IMG/VR virus record: IMGVR_UViG_3300020411_000980
Span: 1-64,000 of that record
From: a virus
Taxonomy: Duplodnaviria; Caudoviricetes
DNA: 64,000 nucleotides
Strand: one strand, 5' to 3'
Below are positions 46,701 through 55,796 of this stretch, one piece after another. The position numbers were made by a program, and so were the translations under genes. The notes below the pieces were generated by a model. The model was given only the letters and a program-made list of their open reading frames with translations. It was not told the DNA's origin and made no database searches. Numbering within the stretch: position 1 is the stretch's first letter; every line of letters begins with the position of its first letter.

Positions 46701-47294
46701 AGCAATAGTATCTACAACGTCAGGACGGTAGTAAACTCCATTGTTGTCACCATCAAAAAATGACTGTTGCCAGAAATAGCAACCACCAGTTAACCTAAAG
46801 ATGGCAGTAGGATCAGGTTCATTACTTGAGGTAATACCTAGTGATGCTTGTAAAGTTGGATATGGTACGTACTTCGGAATGATCTTAGTTCTTCTAAGGT
46901 CAGATCCTACAACAGAACAACCTCTGGGAACAATAATTCCACCACGAGTTGAATTGAATTTGTATAGGATATTGTTAGGAGAAGTAAGATCAAAGTTAGT
47001 ATTTTCATCAAACGGTGTGATCTCAGAATATAAGTTTGTGCCTGGTCTGTTATCTAGAACATATTCAGAGGGATATAGGTAAATACTAAATGCGTCAAAT
47101 TCGTCATTACTTAGACCAACACGATAAGAGAATCTAGCCACTTCAAGAAATGCCCTTTGCAACGTCTTGAATGGTCTTAATGCCGAGTTACCTCGGTTAT
47201 CATATGCATCTGATGCGTCAAAGTCGTCGGGGTTGACGTATATAATACGTCCAGTCCTCGACGTGATAATATTCTTTAGACGGGTTAGTGCCAT
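43719..47294 (-). CDS. Large tail fibre / virion structural protein (1191 aa)
   Basis: IYVNPDDFDASD..GNSALRPFKTLQRA..PRGCSVVGSDLRRT..SPYVFNCS..GFKSMVVAQFTG, beta-helix-like cyanophage fibre family. Confidence 0.8.
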   Translation of the reverse strand: MALTRLKNIITSRTGRIIYVNPDDFDASDAYDNRGNSALRPFKTLQRAFLEVARFSYRVGLSNDEFDAFSIYLYPSEYVLDNRPGTNLYSEITPFDENTNFDLTSPNNILYKFNSTRGGIIVPRGCSVVGSDLRRTKIIPKYVPYPTLQASLGITSSNEPDPTAIFRLTGGCYFWQQSFFDGDNNGVYYRPDVVDTIAPNFSHHKITCFEYANNDDLELYYQKISKAYATIPDTSGTIAQDQLQARVEENRIVGPISDEFRVSQIIRNGQTATAFTVDIQDNPINHGFSVGVAVNLSGVTGPTETDSNLYNGSFLVTSAQGNQFTYQMSAEPSGNAIGSNVLVKVEIDTVDSASPYVFNCSLRSVWGINGMHADGAEATGFKSMVVAQFTGISLQKDDRAFVLYNPSTGNYEAQASGSGAHINGLCKYRKGWRHRHIYASNDAFIQVVSVFAVGFGDHFFSDSGGDLSITNSNSNFGNTSLRSKGFKAASFTKDKAGQLTHIIPPKAISDIPEISINWVTFDIAKIRAAADPTKLYLYGYTNEDARPPSKIQGYTVGARKDGPTTPDQINVLLIASGAQQPTTHTAKIDPSGPDVTGSLPGSDESPIKYDTNQSNWYLQVDSTNNDIYTTLIANSQYQNLGFTPTSFIRRIPDARDLKDRIYRFRYVLDKDAFPIPREPITGFVLQPRSSETNSPSYDKTYYIYEVETFQTFERGVADGIYYLSILNASVSPATSNFDDFAFSQYAVDIYPTFDRDNPVADPAPAVSVADNDILGKVTTTDGAQPQPNEDTKLSISKETAQFFLLEQENNLGYNTTSNTLNAVVVTARLGDEEERKIPLKLNADNSVAPLLIELRRYSILRASGHTFEYLGFGPGNYSTAFPSTQVEVLSPTQVRLSQSLKEAAGVAYYSGVNSDGELYVGNQVINPITGQITNEDIAQLNVVGEEGTTIQTFSEVVLTDKLTVIGGASNQLESVFSGPVTFQKRITAQENIQTIKLTYANDDGTVLKQSFLAEDDGTGLPDIDSTLAFNDGDIIYNIDWQAGDSLGWIYETGIWYKFGLTDTTPITARRFSGVTNYGIGMAPDASNRMKIAGNTYINGNLDVTGTYGCQDKYTLATGIANNNNGVVYNGNGSTTGFAISPGHTSYSVMVFNNGVCQIPGVDYQVSGNAVDFSISTPPATGSVIHIREMVI

Positions 47295-47315
47295 TTACTC
47301 TGATCCTCTTATGTT

Positions 47316-47322
47316 TATTTAG
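47316..47322 (-). promoter_or_regulatory. Late promoter variant CTAAATA
   Basis: 22 nt upstream of the 1191-aa gene. Confidence 0.55.
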
Positions 47323-47335
47323 TTGTCATCAGGGA

Positions 47336-49231
47336 TTAAGCTCCACCGCCAGCTGATCCTGTTGTTTGATTGTACTGTTGTGCTTCCCAATCAGATACAT
47401 TGTTCTCGAATCCATTGACTTGGAACGATAAATTAGCTGAAGAAGCATAAACAATAAGGTGTGAATTAGGTCCAACTACTAGACCTTTATGCTCATTAGT
47501 ACTATTTGCACTAATAGCAACATCATAATAAATATAATCTTTTGTTTCAAGATCAGTTGCAGCAGTTACGCTAGAGACAGTTGCATTTGCTCTATCAGCA
47601 CCCTGCCCACGTGGTGTATCCACAAAGACATCAGATCCTGCAAATGCTGCAGATCCAGTTCCAAGTGTCACATATAGATCAGATCCTGACCAAGCAGAGA
47701 CCCAACCATACTTACCACCAGTTACAGTACCAACTGTTTGTGTAGCAGTACCAATAGTGAATGTATCACCAGTCACCCAAGTACCATCTACATCATAAAG
47801 ATAAAGTTCAGTAAACTGAGGATCAGTAACGATGTCAATACCACTTGAATACTGTGTATCAGGTGCTGCTGATGCTGTACCTTCAGCATAGTAATACAGA
47901 GGATCGGGTGTGTTAACTGTTGGAATAATTTCAATCGTTCCGTCAGTACCTGCAGTACCTGCTTTAGTTACACCAGTTGTATATTCAGTACCAGCAGTAG
48001 GTGTAGCACCTGTACCCTCCTGAGTATCAGAGAATCTTAATGGTAAACCTGTATTAGATGAGTCGGACTGATCAAAGAGATAGGTACGATCAACATCCAT
48101 AGTAAATTGAGATGGAACTGTCTCACGTCCAGCAACAGTACCCCAAGTAAACTGAGTTGTATATACTGCACTTGAAGTAGCAGTAAACTGAGTAGTAGCA
48201 GTTGCGTTTGTAGTACCACCAGTTAATGTTTCAGCAGTATCGAACCACTCAACCAATGCCTGTTGACCCTGTACCATAGGAGTAACAGTAGATCCATCAT
48301 TATGTGCTGCATCAGTTGTACCCCATACACCACGTGTGACTGTTACGTCATTACCAGTAACACCAGTAGCAAGCATAACTTCGTTACCAACTCTGATGTG
48401 AGTACCAGTAACTATAGTAGTACCATCAGTAACAGTTAGAGTTGTGTCTCCAGCAGCAAACTGACCACCTTCGTTAATAGTAGTTGTTGTACCAGAATCT
48501 GTGTAAAGTGAAACCAGTTGCCCTGATTGATGTGCTGCTGCAGTAGTTCCAAATTGTGCACGTGTGACAGCCACGTTAGCACCACCTGTAGTACCTGAAT
48601 AGAAAGTAGCAGCACCTGCTAGTATGATCTCAGCATTATATCCAGTAATACCATCTGATAATACAAAGTATGCAGGATTACCTTGTAGAGCCCCCGCATC
48701 TACAAATTTCAGCGATGTAGCACCTGAAGCAATATCAGCAACTTCTATGTTTAATGACGTTCCTAATCCCCTAAAGGTAGCAGTTAAACCAGAAGTTCCA
48801 CCAGTAAGTGTCTCTCCACCTTGGAAAGTACCAGTAACTGAGTTTGTATCAATCTGTAGACTTGTACACTTCTTAACTTTTACATAGTTCGTGATAGTTG
48901 CAGTCTCAACAACAGTATCAAGCACATAAGCACTCTTTGCTAAATCGGCTGAACCTATTAAAAGACCTGGTGTAGCGTCTTGTCTACTAATACCAGGATT
49001 TATTTCCATCTTATAAGTTGAAATTGGATTACCACGTCTAAATGCATACGTATTGGCATCCATCGTTAATTTCTGTGTGTAGTCTTTATGACCGACACGA
49101 TATGTTGCAGCACTATTTCCTCTTTCTGCGACAGTCAATACTGAAGATGCAGTATGTGACGATGAAGTAGAATAAAGGACTGATGCTGTGGTTGCTGCGG
49201 GGGATAGTGCAGCTAAGATTCCTGCTGTCAT
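47336..49231 (-). CDS. Virion structural protein (Thr/Gly-rich)
   Basis: VTRGVWGTTDAAH repeats; YLFDQSDSSNTGLPLRFS..PDPLYYY domain. Confidence 0.75.
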   Translation of the reverse strand: MTAGILAALSPAATTASVLYSTSSSHTASSVLTVAERGNSAATYRVGHKDYTQKLTMDANTYAFRRGNPISTYKMEINPGISRQDATPGLLIGSADLAKSAYVLDTVVETATITNYVKVKKCTSLQIDTNSVTGTFQGGETLTGGTSGLTATFRGLGTSLNIEVADIASGATSLKFVDAGALQGNPAYFVLSDGITGYNAEIILAGAATFYSGTTGGANVAVTRAQFGTTAAAHQSGQLVSLYTDSGTTTTINEGGQFAAGDTTLTVTDGTTIVTGTHIRVGNEVMLATGVTGNDVTVTRGVWGTTDAAHNDGSTVTPMVQGQQALVEWFDTAETLTGGTTNATATTQFTATSSAVYTTQFTWGTVAGRETVPSQFTMDVDRTYLFDQSDSSNTGLPLRFSDTQEGTGATPTAGTEYTTGVTKAGTAGTDGTIEIIPTVNTPDPLYYYAEGTASAAPDTQYSSGIDIVTDPQFTELYLYDVDGTWVTGDTFTIGTATQTVGTVTGGKYGWVSAWSGSDLYVTLGTGSAAFAGSDVFVDTPRGQGADRANATVSSVTAATDLETKDYIYYDVAISANSTNEHKGLVVGPNSHLIVYASSANLSFQVNGFENNVSDWEAQQYNQTTGSAGGGA

Positions 49232-49235
49232 TGTT

Positions 49236-50561
49236 TTACCAGAGTCCTACGAAGTGATTTTGAAGTCTTAGTCTGCCACCAAAGTCAGGAGCAGAAATTG
49301 GTCCACCAAAGCTAACACCTAGTGTTCCAACGTTTTCAGTAGATAACAGAGTAGCGTCTGCATCTGGGAACTTAATTGATCTCGTTCCTGTTATATTATC
49401 TATGACCAATCTAACTTGGTTTTGGTCATTAGTAGCATCAATAAGGACAAAATCTTTTGCAGATTTTGCTTCAAGTACCTGAGTTGCTTTTGTAGTTACA
49501 ACTATATTATTATCCGCAATAGGAACATTAAGGTTCGCACTTGGGAATTCATAACGAAGTATTGTAGCACCAGACTGATTACTTAAATCAAACTGAATAC
49601 GCTTACTAATATCAGTACCATCAGCGAACCGAGGATCAGCGTAATCTTTGTTAGTAAATGTCTGTGTAGCTCCAGTACCTGCAACTGTTAATGATTGATC
49701 AGGCCAAGTAACTATACGATCAGACGTTACGTCAGGTGAAACAAATGTAACCTGTGGTGTTGGGTTATTAGGATCACCAGACTCAATATTAGATATCGAA
49801 GGATTGATAAGGTTTTTATTACTAATATTTTGTTCAGTAATAGTATCAATCAGTGTTGACTGTGATGCTGAAGTACCATAATCAGGAAGTCTGTAAATGT
49901 GGGTTACAGGTGCTTCCCACGAGTCAGTTTCAAACAATGCTATCTTACCAGCATTAGATGAACCAACAATCTGTAGGTTACCATCCTGAATGATGATAGT
50001 CTTATTACTAATAGTCTGTGCGGTATCGTTACCTAACAGAGTTGTAGATGTAAAACTACCTGTACTTGGTAAAGCGAACGATCTAATTCCAGCTCCAGTT
50101 GATACACCAGAGATTTCAAACTTTGCTTTCTTATCAGGGTTCTGATCGTCAGCAAGGAAGAAGTTTGTATCCTGGAATTCTGCAGGACCATTTACAAGGA
50201 ACTTACCAGAACCCTGTGGTCTCATATCAATGTTTACATTGGATGACGTTGTGTCACCTGCAATGAATCTAATCGTAGCAGAACCATCAGCATTATCTTG
50301 CTTCTTATAGTACATACTTGATGTACCGAAAGCAAGACCTAGCTCGTTATATGCGTCTTGATAGAGTCCTGTGTCCCTATCCAAGTCAAAGCATAATCCT
50401 GGCTGTGATTGACTTCCTGCACCAACTCCTTTAAAGATCTGATTAATCTTTGCCTTACGGTTAGGAATCAGTGGATCGGAAATAACAACAGGAAGAACTG
50501 CTTCTCCTGTTAACACACCATCTGCTAGAGTGTCTAATTGTGAAATTCTTTTGGTTCCCAC
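49236..50561 (-). CDS. Virion structural / fibre protein
   Basis: KRISQL N-terminus; repeated QTISNK/QNISNK/QTFTNK fibre motifs; late promoter upstream. Confidence 0.7.
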   Translation of the reverse strand: MGTKRISQLDTLADGVLTGEAVLPVVISDPLIPNRKAKINQIFKGVGAGSQSQPGLCFDLDRDTGLYQDAYNELGLAFGTSSMYYKKQDNADGSATIRFIAGDTTSSNVNIDMRPQGSGKFLVNGPAEFQDTNFFLADDQNPDKKAKFEISGVSTGAGIRSFALPSTGSFTSTTLLGNDTAQTISNKTIIIQDGNLQIVGSSNAGKIALFETDSWEAPVTHIYRLPDYGTSASQSTLIDTITEQNISNKNLINPSISNIESGDPNNPTPQVTFVSPDVTSDRIVTWPDQSLTVAGTGATQTFTNKDYADPRFADGTDISKRIQFDLSNQSGATILRYEFPSANLNVPIADNNIVVTTKATQVLEAKSAKDFVLIDATNDQNQVRLVIDNITGTRSIKFPDADATLLSTENVGTLGVSFGGPISAPDFGGRLRLQNHFVGLW

Positions 50562-50589
50562 TAACTCTATTCGCTATTACGTACAGTTT

Positions 50590-50597
50590 TATTTATA
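50590..50597 (-). promoter_or_regulatory. T4 late promoter TATAAATA
   Basis: Exact consensus upstream of the fibre operon. Confidence 0.7.
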
Positions 50598-50615
50598 ACT
50601 CTATCAAAGGCGGGT

Positions 50616-50870
50616 TTAATAAGGAACCTCACCTTCACACTGAGCTGACATCTCAAACAATATTGGATGACATTCTTCCATAATTAAATATTGTGATATG
50701 TGATAGAGATCCTCCATTGTATATTTGGTTTTCTCTTCACATTCTTCAATTAATTCAAACGAGGGATTGTCAATTTCATCAAAAGTAAATGGCATACCCA
50801 TAATAAAGTACATCAATACAATACCGTGGTTATGCAGCATTCTTTCGTCTGAGGTTATCTTGTATCGCAT
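50616..50870 (-). CDS. Hypothetical protein
   Basis: MYFIMGMPFTFD..YLIMEECHPILFE. Confidence 0.7.
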   Translation of the reverse strand: MRYKITSDERMLHNHGIVLMYFIMGMPFTFDEIDNPSFELIEECEEKTKYTMEDLYHISQYLIMEECHPILFEMSAQCEGEVPY

Positions 50871-51295
50871 TGTTCAAATACAAACGGTCCTTTGTTAGAT
50901 CCCCAAAGTAAATTTCCATCCTTATCCCAACCTCTATCATCAGTAGCAAAAACTCCTGACTTATCAAGAGTTGCTTTAGTCTTAACAGTATAACCTTTAG
51001 GATGCTTCCAATCTGGATCAGTCTTTCCTACCCATCCATTATTATTTGCAGTCCATATAGTATCTGCTGCATCATTCGTCTCTAATATAATAGTATTATC
51101 ACGTTCGTAGACTTTGTGTTCTCTCTGTCTATAAGGTTCGTGGGGATTGTAATCATACCACTGTTTAGTTTTTAGAACACCGTCATCGTAATACCATTCA
51201 TAATGCACATATGCAAATGATGTTGGACTAGATTGAGCTTGTCTAAGATTGTGCCAGTGTCTAACTAGCACGTCAAGAAATTCATCGATCTGCAT
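50855..51295 (-). CDS. cpeT: CpeT/CpcT-type phycobiliprotein lyase
   Basis: WHNLRQAQSSPTSFAYVH..QWY..PYRQR..DRGWD..LWGS..PFVF. Confidence 0.8.
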   Translation of the reverse strand: MQIDEFLDVLVRHWHNLRQAQSSPTSFAYVHYEWYYDDGVLKTKQWYDYNPHEPYRQREHKVYERDNTIILETNDAADTIWTANNNGWVGKTDPDWKHPKGYTVKTKATLDKSGVFATDDRGWDKDGNLLWGSNKGPFVFEQCDTR

Positions 51296-51735
51296 TATGT
51301 ATGTTTAAAAACGAAAGGACCAGGAATTTTACCCCATAATACATTACCATCTTTATCTGTACCTTTATCAAATGATGTGTAGGTAGCAGAATCTAATGTG
51401 ATAATAGTTTCTATAAGTATACCATTTTCATTGTATGTGTTAGGTGGCACCTTCCCAATAAAACCGTGACCTGTCTCATCTAATTTAAAGATGAGGTGCA
51501 GGCCACTTTCGTTGATATTTAATTTTATATGATCATCCTGGATATCCAGTCGATGAGTTCTCTCACGATATACATAACCATTCCAATCATACCATTGTCT
51601 ACTATGTAAATGAGCACCTTCTACCCACCAATCATAATGCACGTGTGCAAATTGATTAGGCCACTGCTGTGCTTGTTGTAGGTTATCCCACTTATGACAC
51701 AGGTATTCTAGGAATCTAGCACTAGAGATTGCCAC
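51295..51735 (-). CDS. cpeT: CpeT/CpcT-type phycobiliprotein lyase (second copy)
   Basis: WDNLQQAQQWPNQFAHVH..QWY..VYRER..DKGTD..LWG..PFVF. Confidence 0.75.
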   Translation of the reverse strand: MAISSARFLEYLCHKWDNLQQAQQWPNQFAHVHYDWWVEGAHLHSRQWYDWNGYVYRERTHRLDIQDDHIKLNINESGLHLIFKLDETGHGFIGKVPPNTYNENGILIETIITLDSATYTSFDKGTDKDGNVLWGKIPGPFVFKHT

Positions 51736-52012
51736 GAGATCTAATTTCCTTAACTGCTTCCATAGTCTCTTGTTGAGCGAAACTCGCTACATCTGATTGA
51801 CTTGGAAGTCCACCAACTCCTGGCATTGGTGGTGGTCCTTGATGATATCCTTCTAGTTCTTTATCTGCAAAATTTTGTGTAACAGAATTAGCAACAGGTG
51901 AAATAATCACGTTACCTTCAGGACACTCTACTACAAATGGTGTCCCTCTTGATGCTAATTTCAAAGTGAAACCAATGTTTTCAATGGCTTCTTCATAAGT
52001 TAATCGATTCAT
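51722..52012 (-). CDS. Hypothetical protein, N-terminus Phd/YefM-like
   Basis: LTYEEAIENIGFTLKLASRGTPFVVECPEGNVIISPV. Confidence 0.55.
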   Translation of the reverse strand: MNRLTYEEAIENIGFTLKLASRGTPFVVECPEGNVIISPVANSVTQNFADKELEGYHQGPPPMPGVGGLPSQSDVASFAQQETMEAVKEIRSRGNL

Positions 52013-52257
52013 TTGTTAACAAAACAACGTTGGTCTTCAGGTACAGTCTCGCAAATAGTTGCAATGACTTCTTGAAATCCTTCAGCACCTTCCTCATTCC
52101 ACTTGAACCTTATCTTTTCAATATTTCCATCAGATGACTGAAGGGAAACAGAGCGTTGTGGAACATTAATCCACACATAATCTAACCAAAGTTCTTGCGT
52201 GTCCATAAGAAGATCGAAGTACTCAAAGAGTATATAGTTGATTTCTTCGGAGTCCAT
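52009..52257 (-). CDS. Hypothetical protein (start MDSEEI)
   Basis: Internal ATG overlapping the upstream stop; WINVPQRSVSL..KWNEEGAEGF. Confidence 0.65.
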   Translation of the reverse strand: MDSEEINYILFEYFDLLMDTQELWLDYVWINVPQRSVSLQSSDGNIEKIRFKWNEEGAEGFQEVIATICETVPEDQRCFVNK

Positions 52258-52409
52258 TAGGAGGGGAATGCAGTAAAGTGCTTTAAACCAGTACGTGCTT
52301 CTGCACGTATAATAGCTTCTTGCATAGTTAAGCAATCTGTAACAATTTCAACAAGTGGAACTGAAGACTGGGGTCTTCTAAGTTTGACTGTGTACTGTCT
52401 TCTGCTCAT
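52257..52409 (-). CDS. Small hypothetical protein (start MSRRQY)
   Basis: GAGG RBS; the longer ORF-track start lies inside the ncRNA. Confidence 0.55.
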   Translation of the reverse strand: MSRRQYTVKLRRPQSSVPLVEIVTDCLTMQEAIIRAEARTGLKHFTAFPS

Positions 52410-52430
52410 AATAGCCTCGTGAAAAAAGAA

Positions 52431-52617
52431 GGAGGGAGGTTGGATTCCTGTATACCAACAAGAGATGGGCATTTCTACAGTTTAGAAATCATCTCTGCCT
52501 ACGACCCGACTGGTAAGTCGATTCTCCTCTCGGAGCAGCACCACCTGTGTCGTATCACCTTAACCAGCTATATGCCAGTAAGTTTATTCAGTCACTCCCA
52601 ATGTGCTGATCAGGCAC
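52431..52617 (-). ncRNA. manA: Probable manA RNA motif
   Basis: GGGAGUGACUGAAUAAACUUACUGGCA..CUGGUUAAGGUGA..CAGGUGGUGCUGCU..UACCAGUCGGGUC recognised from memory of the cyanophage manA motif; GGGAG/CUCCC closing stem, AGAGAUG/CAUCUCU and GUUGG/CCAAC stems, own TATAAT at 52624-52629, T tract downstream. Confidence 0.7.
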
Positions 52618-52631
52618 AAATATATTATATA

Positions 52632-55052
52632 CTAATTCAGCAAAACTGGCAAGCCATAGAATTGAGCAGGTCCACCACCACATCCTGCAGCGAATACACC
52701 TGTGTTTACGTTATATACTGCGACACCGTTTTCAACCTGATTCATTATCGCACCACCCTTGGCAGTATTGAATTCTCCGATACCACCTGCCTTTGTGTTT
52801 ACAAGAGTTAAGCGACCACCCATCTTACCGTTAACCACATCAATGATTCCACCAGGAACGTCACATTCACAAATGTTAATCTGTGCTGCTGGCATCATAA
52901 TCGGAGCAGCACCAGTACCATTGATTGAAATGGTTGGTCCTTTAACAAGGTTAACCACACCTGTGATAGCAGGGATGGGGTTCATCATACCAACATTCTT
53001 AAAGTGAACGTTGTTAATAAATTCTGTCTTCCAAGCACACTCATTAATGATCTCACCAGATATGGAGTTCATTAGTGAAGATGCTTTGTTAGAAATTGTA
53101 GAAGCGTTACAAGAGAACTCATTAAGGGCATTAAACGTGATATTAGGAGCCTGTATTTTGTAATCTCCTTCATAACTCACATCGTAGTCAGATGCATAAG
53201 TTGTTGCTGCTTTAGATTGCTTTGTACCATCCTTACCAACACCCTGTGACACGTTTAGGTTGTGTGTTCCACCAACTTCTATGTTGAAATCACCCATAAC
53301 CTTAAGAGTATAGTCACCCTCAATAGTTAAAGTCTTATTTCCTTTAACATTGGTACATTCATCACGTCCAACAATCTTTGTATCATTACCTGGTTGGTTC
53401 CTGTGTTGATTACCATCAGCAGTAGCAATAGTAGTCTGACCACCACTATGCTTAACAATGGTCTTTTCTTTACCAGGTGTATTGTCCTGAATAATAGAAG
53501 AACCGTTAAGGAATGTTTGGGCTTGAACCTTGTAAGGGTTAATGCCTTCCATTAATTGTGAGAAATAATCTCCTTTAGTGGTGTAATTACCTTCACCAGC
53601 TAAATCACTTGCTCCTCCTATCTCAATTTCTTGCTGCAAGAATTCTGGTACGGTTTCACACGTACTCGTACCTAACAGTGGCAGCCAGAACTTTTGTTTA
53701 GGTGCTTTATGACCCCTTCCACAGTCCTTGTTACCGAACAACATTTTCAATAGTCCGATGATGATGCTGATCAAGGAAGACCAGTTCATCTTTGAGAAGT
53801 CGAAAGAGAATAATGACTTAAGTTTGGATACCATACTCAAACCACCTTTTGCAACGTTAATTGCAGCCATTACCTTCTGACCCATAGCAGCAACCTTACC
53901 TACTGCTCCTTGTACCTTTGAAAGTACACCGTTAACTGTGTCATTTACCTTAGTGGCAAGACCACCGACAACTTTGTCAACTACATTACCTGCGATATCA
54001 TTAGCAAAACTGGTGATATCTCCTAGAGCACCACTAATCGCTCCTAAAATATAATTTGCTTCGAAGTTGCAAAATAAACTTGTAATGAATGTAGCGAGTT
54101 TCATTAACTGAGTTATTATGCCAAGTGGTATCACATTTGTTAACGCACCGAGTAGGCTACTAACCATACTCTCTATTCCTTGTGCTAGTACGTTCTTCAA
54201 TGAGCTCATAATACCACTAATTGCATTAGACACTGATGTCTTAATGCCATCAAGAGAAGTTTGGATCTGTTTGTTACTAATCTTTCCTCCACTAATGATA
54301 GAGATTAAATCTCCACCACTTCCTCTTGCTATGGAACCTGACAACTGACCGAATTCGTTAAGCATTCTCTTAAGATCTTGCTCGAATCCTATACCTGCTG
54401 GTCCGCTGAGTCCATCCCCGACTGCAAACGCATCTGCAGGGATTTTTATTGGGTTCGTATAAACGTTACCTGGTGCTCGAACTTCTGCTATTGAAATGAC
54501 ACCACGGGACTTTTCTTCTCCTCCGTGCTCATCTCCTGCTTGTTCTCCACCAACAACATTAAAGGGTGATCCTCCGTGAACTACCTCACCTTGTAAAGAC
54601 TTAGCCTGAGGTGGCATCTCTTCTTCTGGTAAAGCCTTCTTAGGATCAGCAACAACTGTAGCTCCTGTCTCTGCTTCTGTACTTGCTGCTCCATCTTTAC
54701 TGTTGTTCTTGAAACCACGAAGTGATCCCATAACAACTGGTAGTTGTGCTTCCTCTCCATCAAGGAAGAACCCTAATACCTGAGCACCGACCTGAAGTTC
54801 ACACTTCGTCCCAGAGTTTTTTATACCTGCCTGATCAGTAGGCAGCATAGTAACCGCCCAAGGTAAATCCTCAGTCGGCATATCTTTAGTATAGGCAACA
54901 TTACCAGCACCAGTATACCAACCTATAATACGTACCTTAGTACGTCCTAGATTCTGAGGATCCTCGATGTCTTCGACTTCACCGACCCACCAAGTGAATC
55001 CGTCACGTCCCATTACATCTGATTTTCCTATAGCGTCAAGTGTTGCTGGCAT
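52632..55052 (-). CDS. gp5: Baseplate hub/spike gp5 (OB-fold + beta-helix)
   Basis: FTWWVGEVEDIEDPQNLGRTKVRIIG..DLPWA..VLGFFLDGEEAQLPVVMG; VxGN/VxGD beta-helix repeats. Confidence 0.9.
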   Translation of the reverse strand: MPATLDAIGKSDVMGRDGFTWWVGEVEDIEDPQNLGRTKVRIIGWYTGAGNVAYTKDMPTEDLPWAVTMLPTDQAGIKNSGTKCELQVGAQVLGFFLDGEEAQLPVVMGSLRGFKNNSKDGAASTEAETGATVVADPKKALPEEEMPPQAKSLQGEVVHGGSPFNVVGGEQAGDEHGGEEKSRGVISIAEVRAPGNVYTNPIKIPADAFAVGDGLSGPAGIGFEQDLKRMLNEFGQLSGSIARGSGGDLISIISGGKISNKQIQTSLDGIKTSVSNAISGIMSSLKNVLAQGIESMVSSLLGALTNVIPLGIITQLMKLATFITSLFCNFEANYILGAISGALGDITSFANDIAGNVVDKVVGGLATKVNDTVNGVLSKVQGAVGKVAAMGQKVMAAINVAKGGLSMVSKLKSLFSFDFSKMNWSSLISIIIGLLKMLFGNKDCGRGHKAPKQKFWLPLLGTSTCETVPEFLQQEIEIGGASDLAGEGNYTTKGDYFSQLMEGINPYKVQAQTFLNGSSIIQDNTPGKEKTIVKHSGGQTTIATADGNQHRNQPGNDTKIVGRDECTNVKGNKTLTIEGDYTLKVMGDFNIEVGGTHNLNVSQGVGKDGTKQSKAATTYASDYDVSYEGDYKIQAPNITFNALNEFSCNASTISNKASSLMNSISGEIINECAWKTEFINNVHFKNVGMMNPIPAITGVVNLVKGPTISINGTGAAPIMMPAAQINICECDVPGGIIDVVNGKMGGRLTLVNTKAGGIGEFNTAKGGAIMNQVENGVAVYNVNTGVFAAGCGGGPAQFYGLPVLLN

Positions 55053-55055
55053 TGT

Positions 55056-55619
55056 TTAAGCGTATGATACCCATCCTGTTACTATATATTTATCTTCTTT
55101 AGGTGCAGGTATTCCGTGGTGTACGTGAGTCCAGTCTGCTGGCCAGATCATAGTCAGTCCTTTCTTAGGTTCTAACTCTAGATCTTGGTGTACAAAGTTA
55201 GTACCACCACCCTCTTCAATGTCATTAAGATAGGTCATCCAGACTAGATGTCTGAAGGAACTTGTCTTATTAGACCCTACACGTTCAGTATGAGGTTGAG
55301 AGAAACAAGCACCAGGAATATAATGCTGTATATTAAATGGTTCGATTACCTCTAAGTCTGCCATCGAAGCCCAAGGATACTGTTCGATGTATAGAGATAT
55401 TCCACCTTGAACTGCATCAAGATATTTGACAATACGTGGATCCTTTAACCACGATGGTACTGCCATATCTGTAGATTGTTTGATTATCTTATCAACTCCT
55501 TGACTTGTCTCACCTGGTACCTTTTCAAGATAGTCACAAGTGTTATAAAAATCTAAAACCCCATCGCATATCTCAGGTTCAATAGTTCCACCTGCGATGA
55601 ATGATTGTACAGCAGTCAT
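55056..55619 (-). CDS. Prolyl 4-hydroxylase-like 2OG-Fe(II) oxygenase
   Basis: FNIQHY..HTE..WMTYLNDIEEGGGT..IWPADWTHVHHG..KYIVTGW. Confidence 0.88.
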   Translation of the reverse strand: MTAVQSFIAGGTIEPEICDGVLDFYNTCDYLEKVPGETSQGVDKIIKQSTDMAVPSWLKDPRIVKYLDAVQGGISLYIEQYPWASMADLEVIEPFNIQHYIPGACFSQPHTERVGSNKTSSFRHLVWMTYLNDIEEGGGTNFVHQDLELEPKKGLTMIWPADWTHVHHGIPAPKEDKYIVTGWVSYA

Positions 55620-55622
55620 AAT

Positions 55623-55796
55623 TTAATTGTTCCAGTGACGAATTACCCCTGCTGTAATAAAGCAGTTAGTTATAAAATATGTAGCAAAGATGAGAGTCCT
55701 CATAATTGCTACAGTATTGTCGTATCGTTTAGTTGTCTCATCACTAAAAGAACCCAGAGTATACTTCCAGATTCTCCATAATCTTTTAATCGTCAT
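55623..55796 (-). CDS. Small membrane protein (57 aa)
   Basis: Manual translation MTIKRLWRIWKYTLGSFSDETTKRYDNTVAIMRTLIFATYFITNCFITAGVIRHWNN. Confidence 0.7.
   Translation of the reverse strand: MTIKRLWRIWKYTLGSFSDETTKRYDNTVAIMRTLIFATYFITNCFITAGVIRHWNN

Noticed and set aside
52419-52811. 130-aa plus-strand ORF
   Set aside because: Antisense to the manA-like RNA and the gp5 3' end; no recognisable protein features
52632-55052. T4-type lysozyme domain in gp5
   Set aside because: No lysozyme motif visible; the middle region is helical and Gly/Ala-rich
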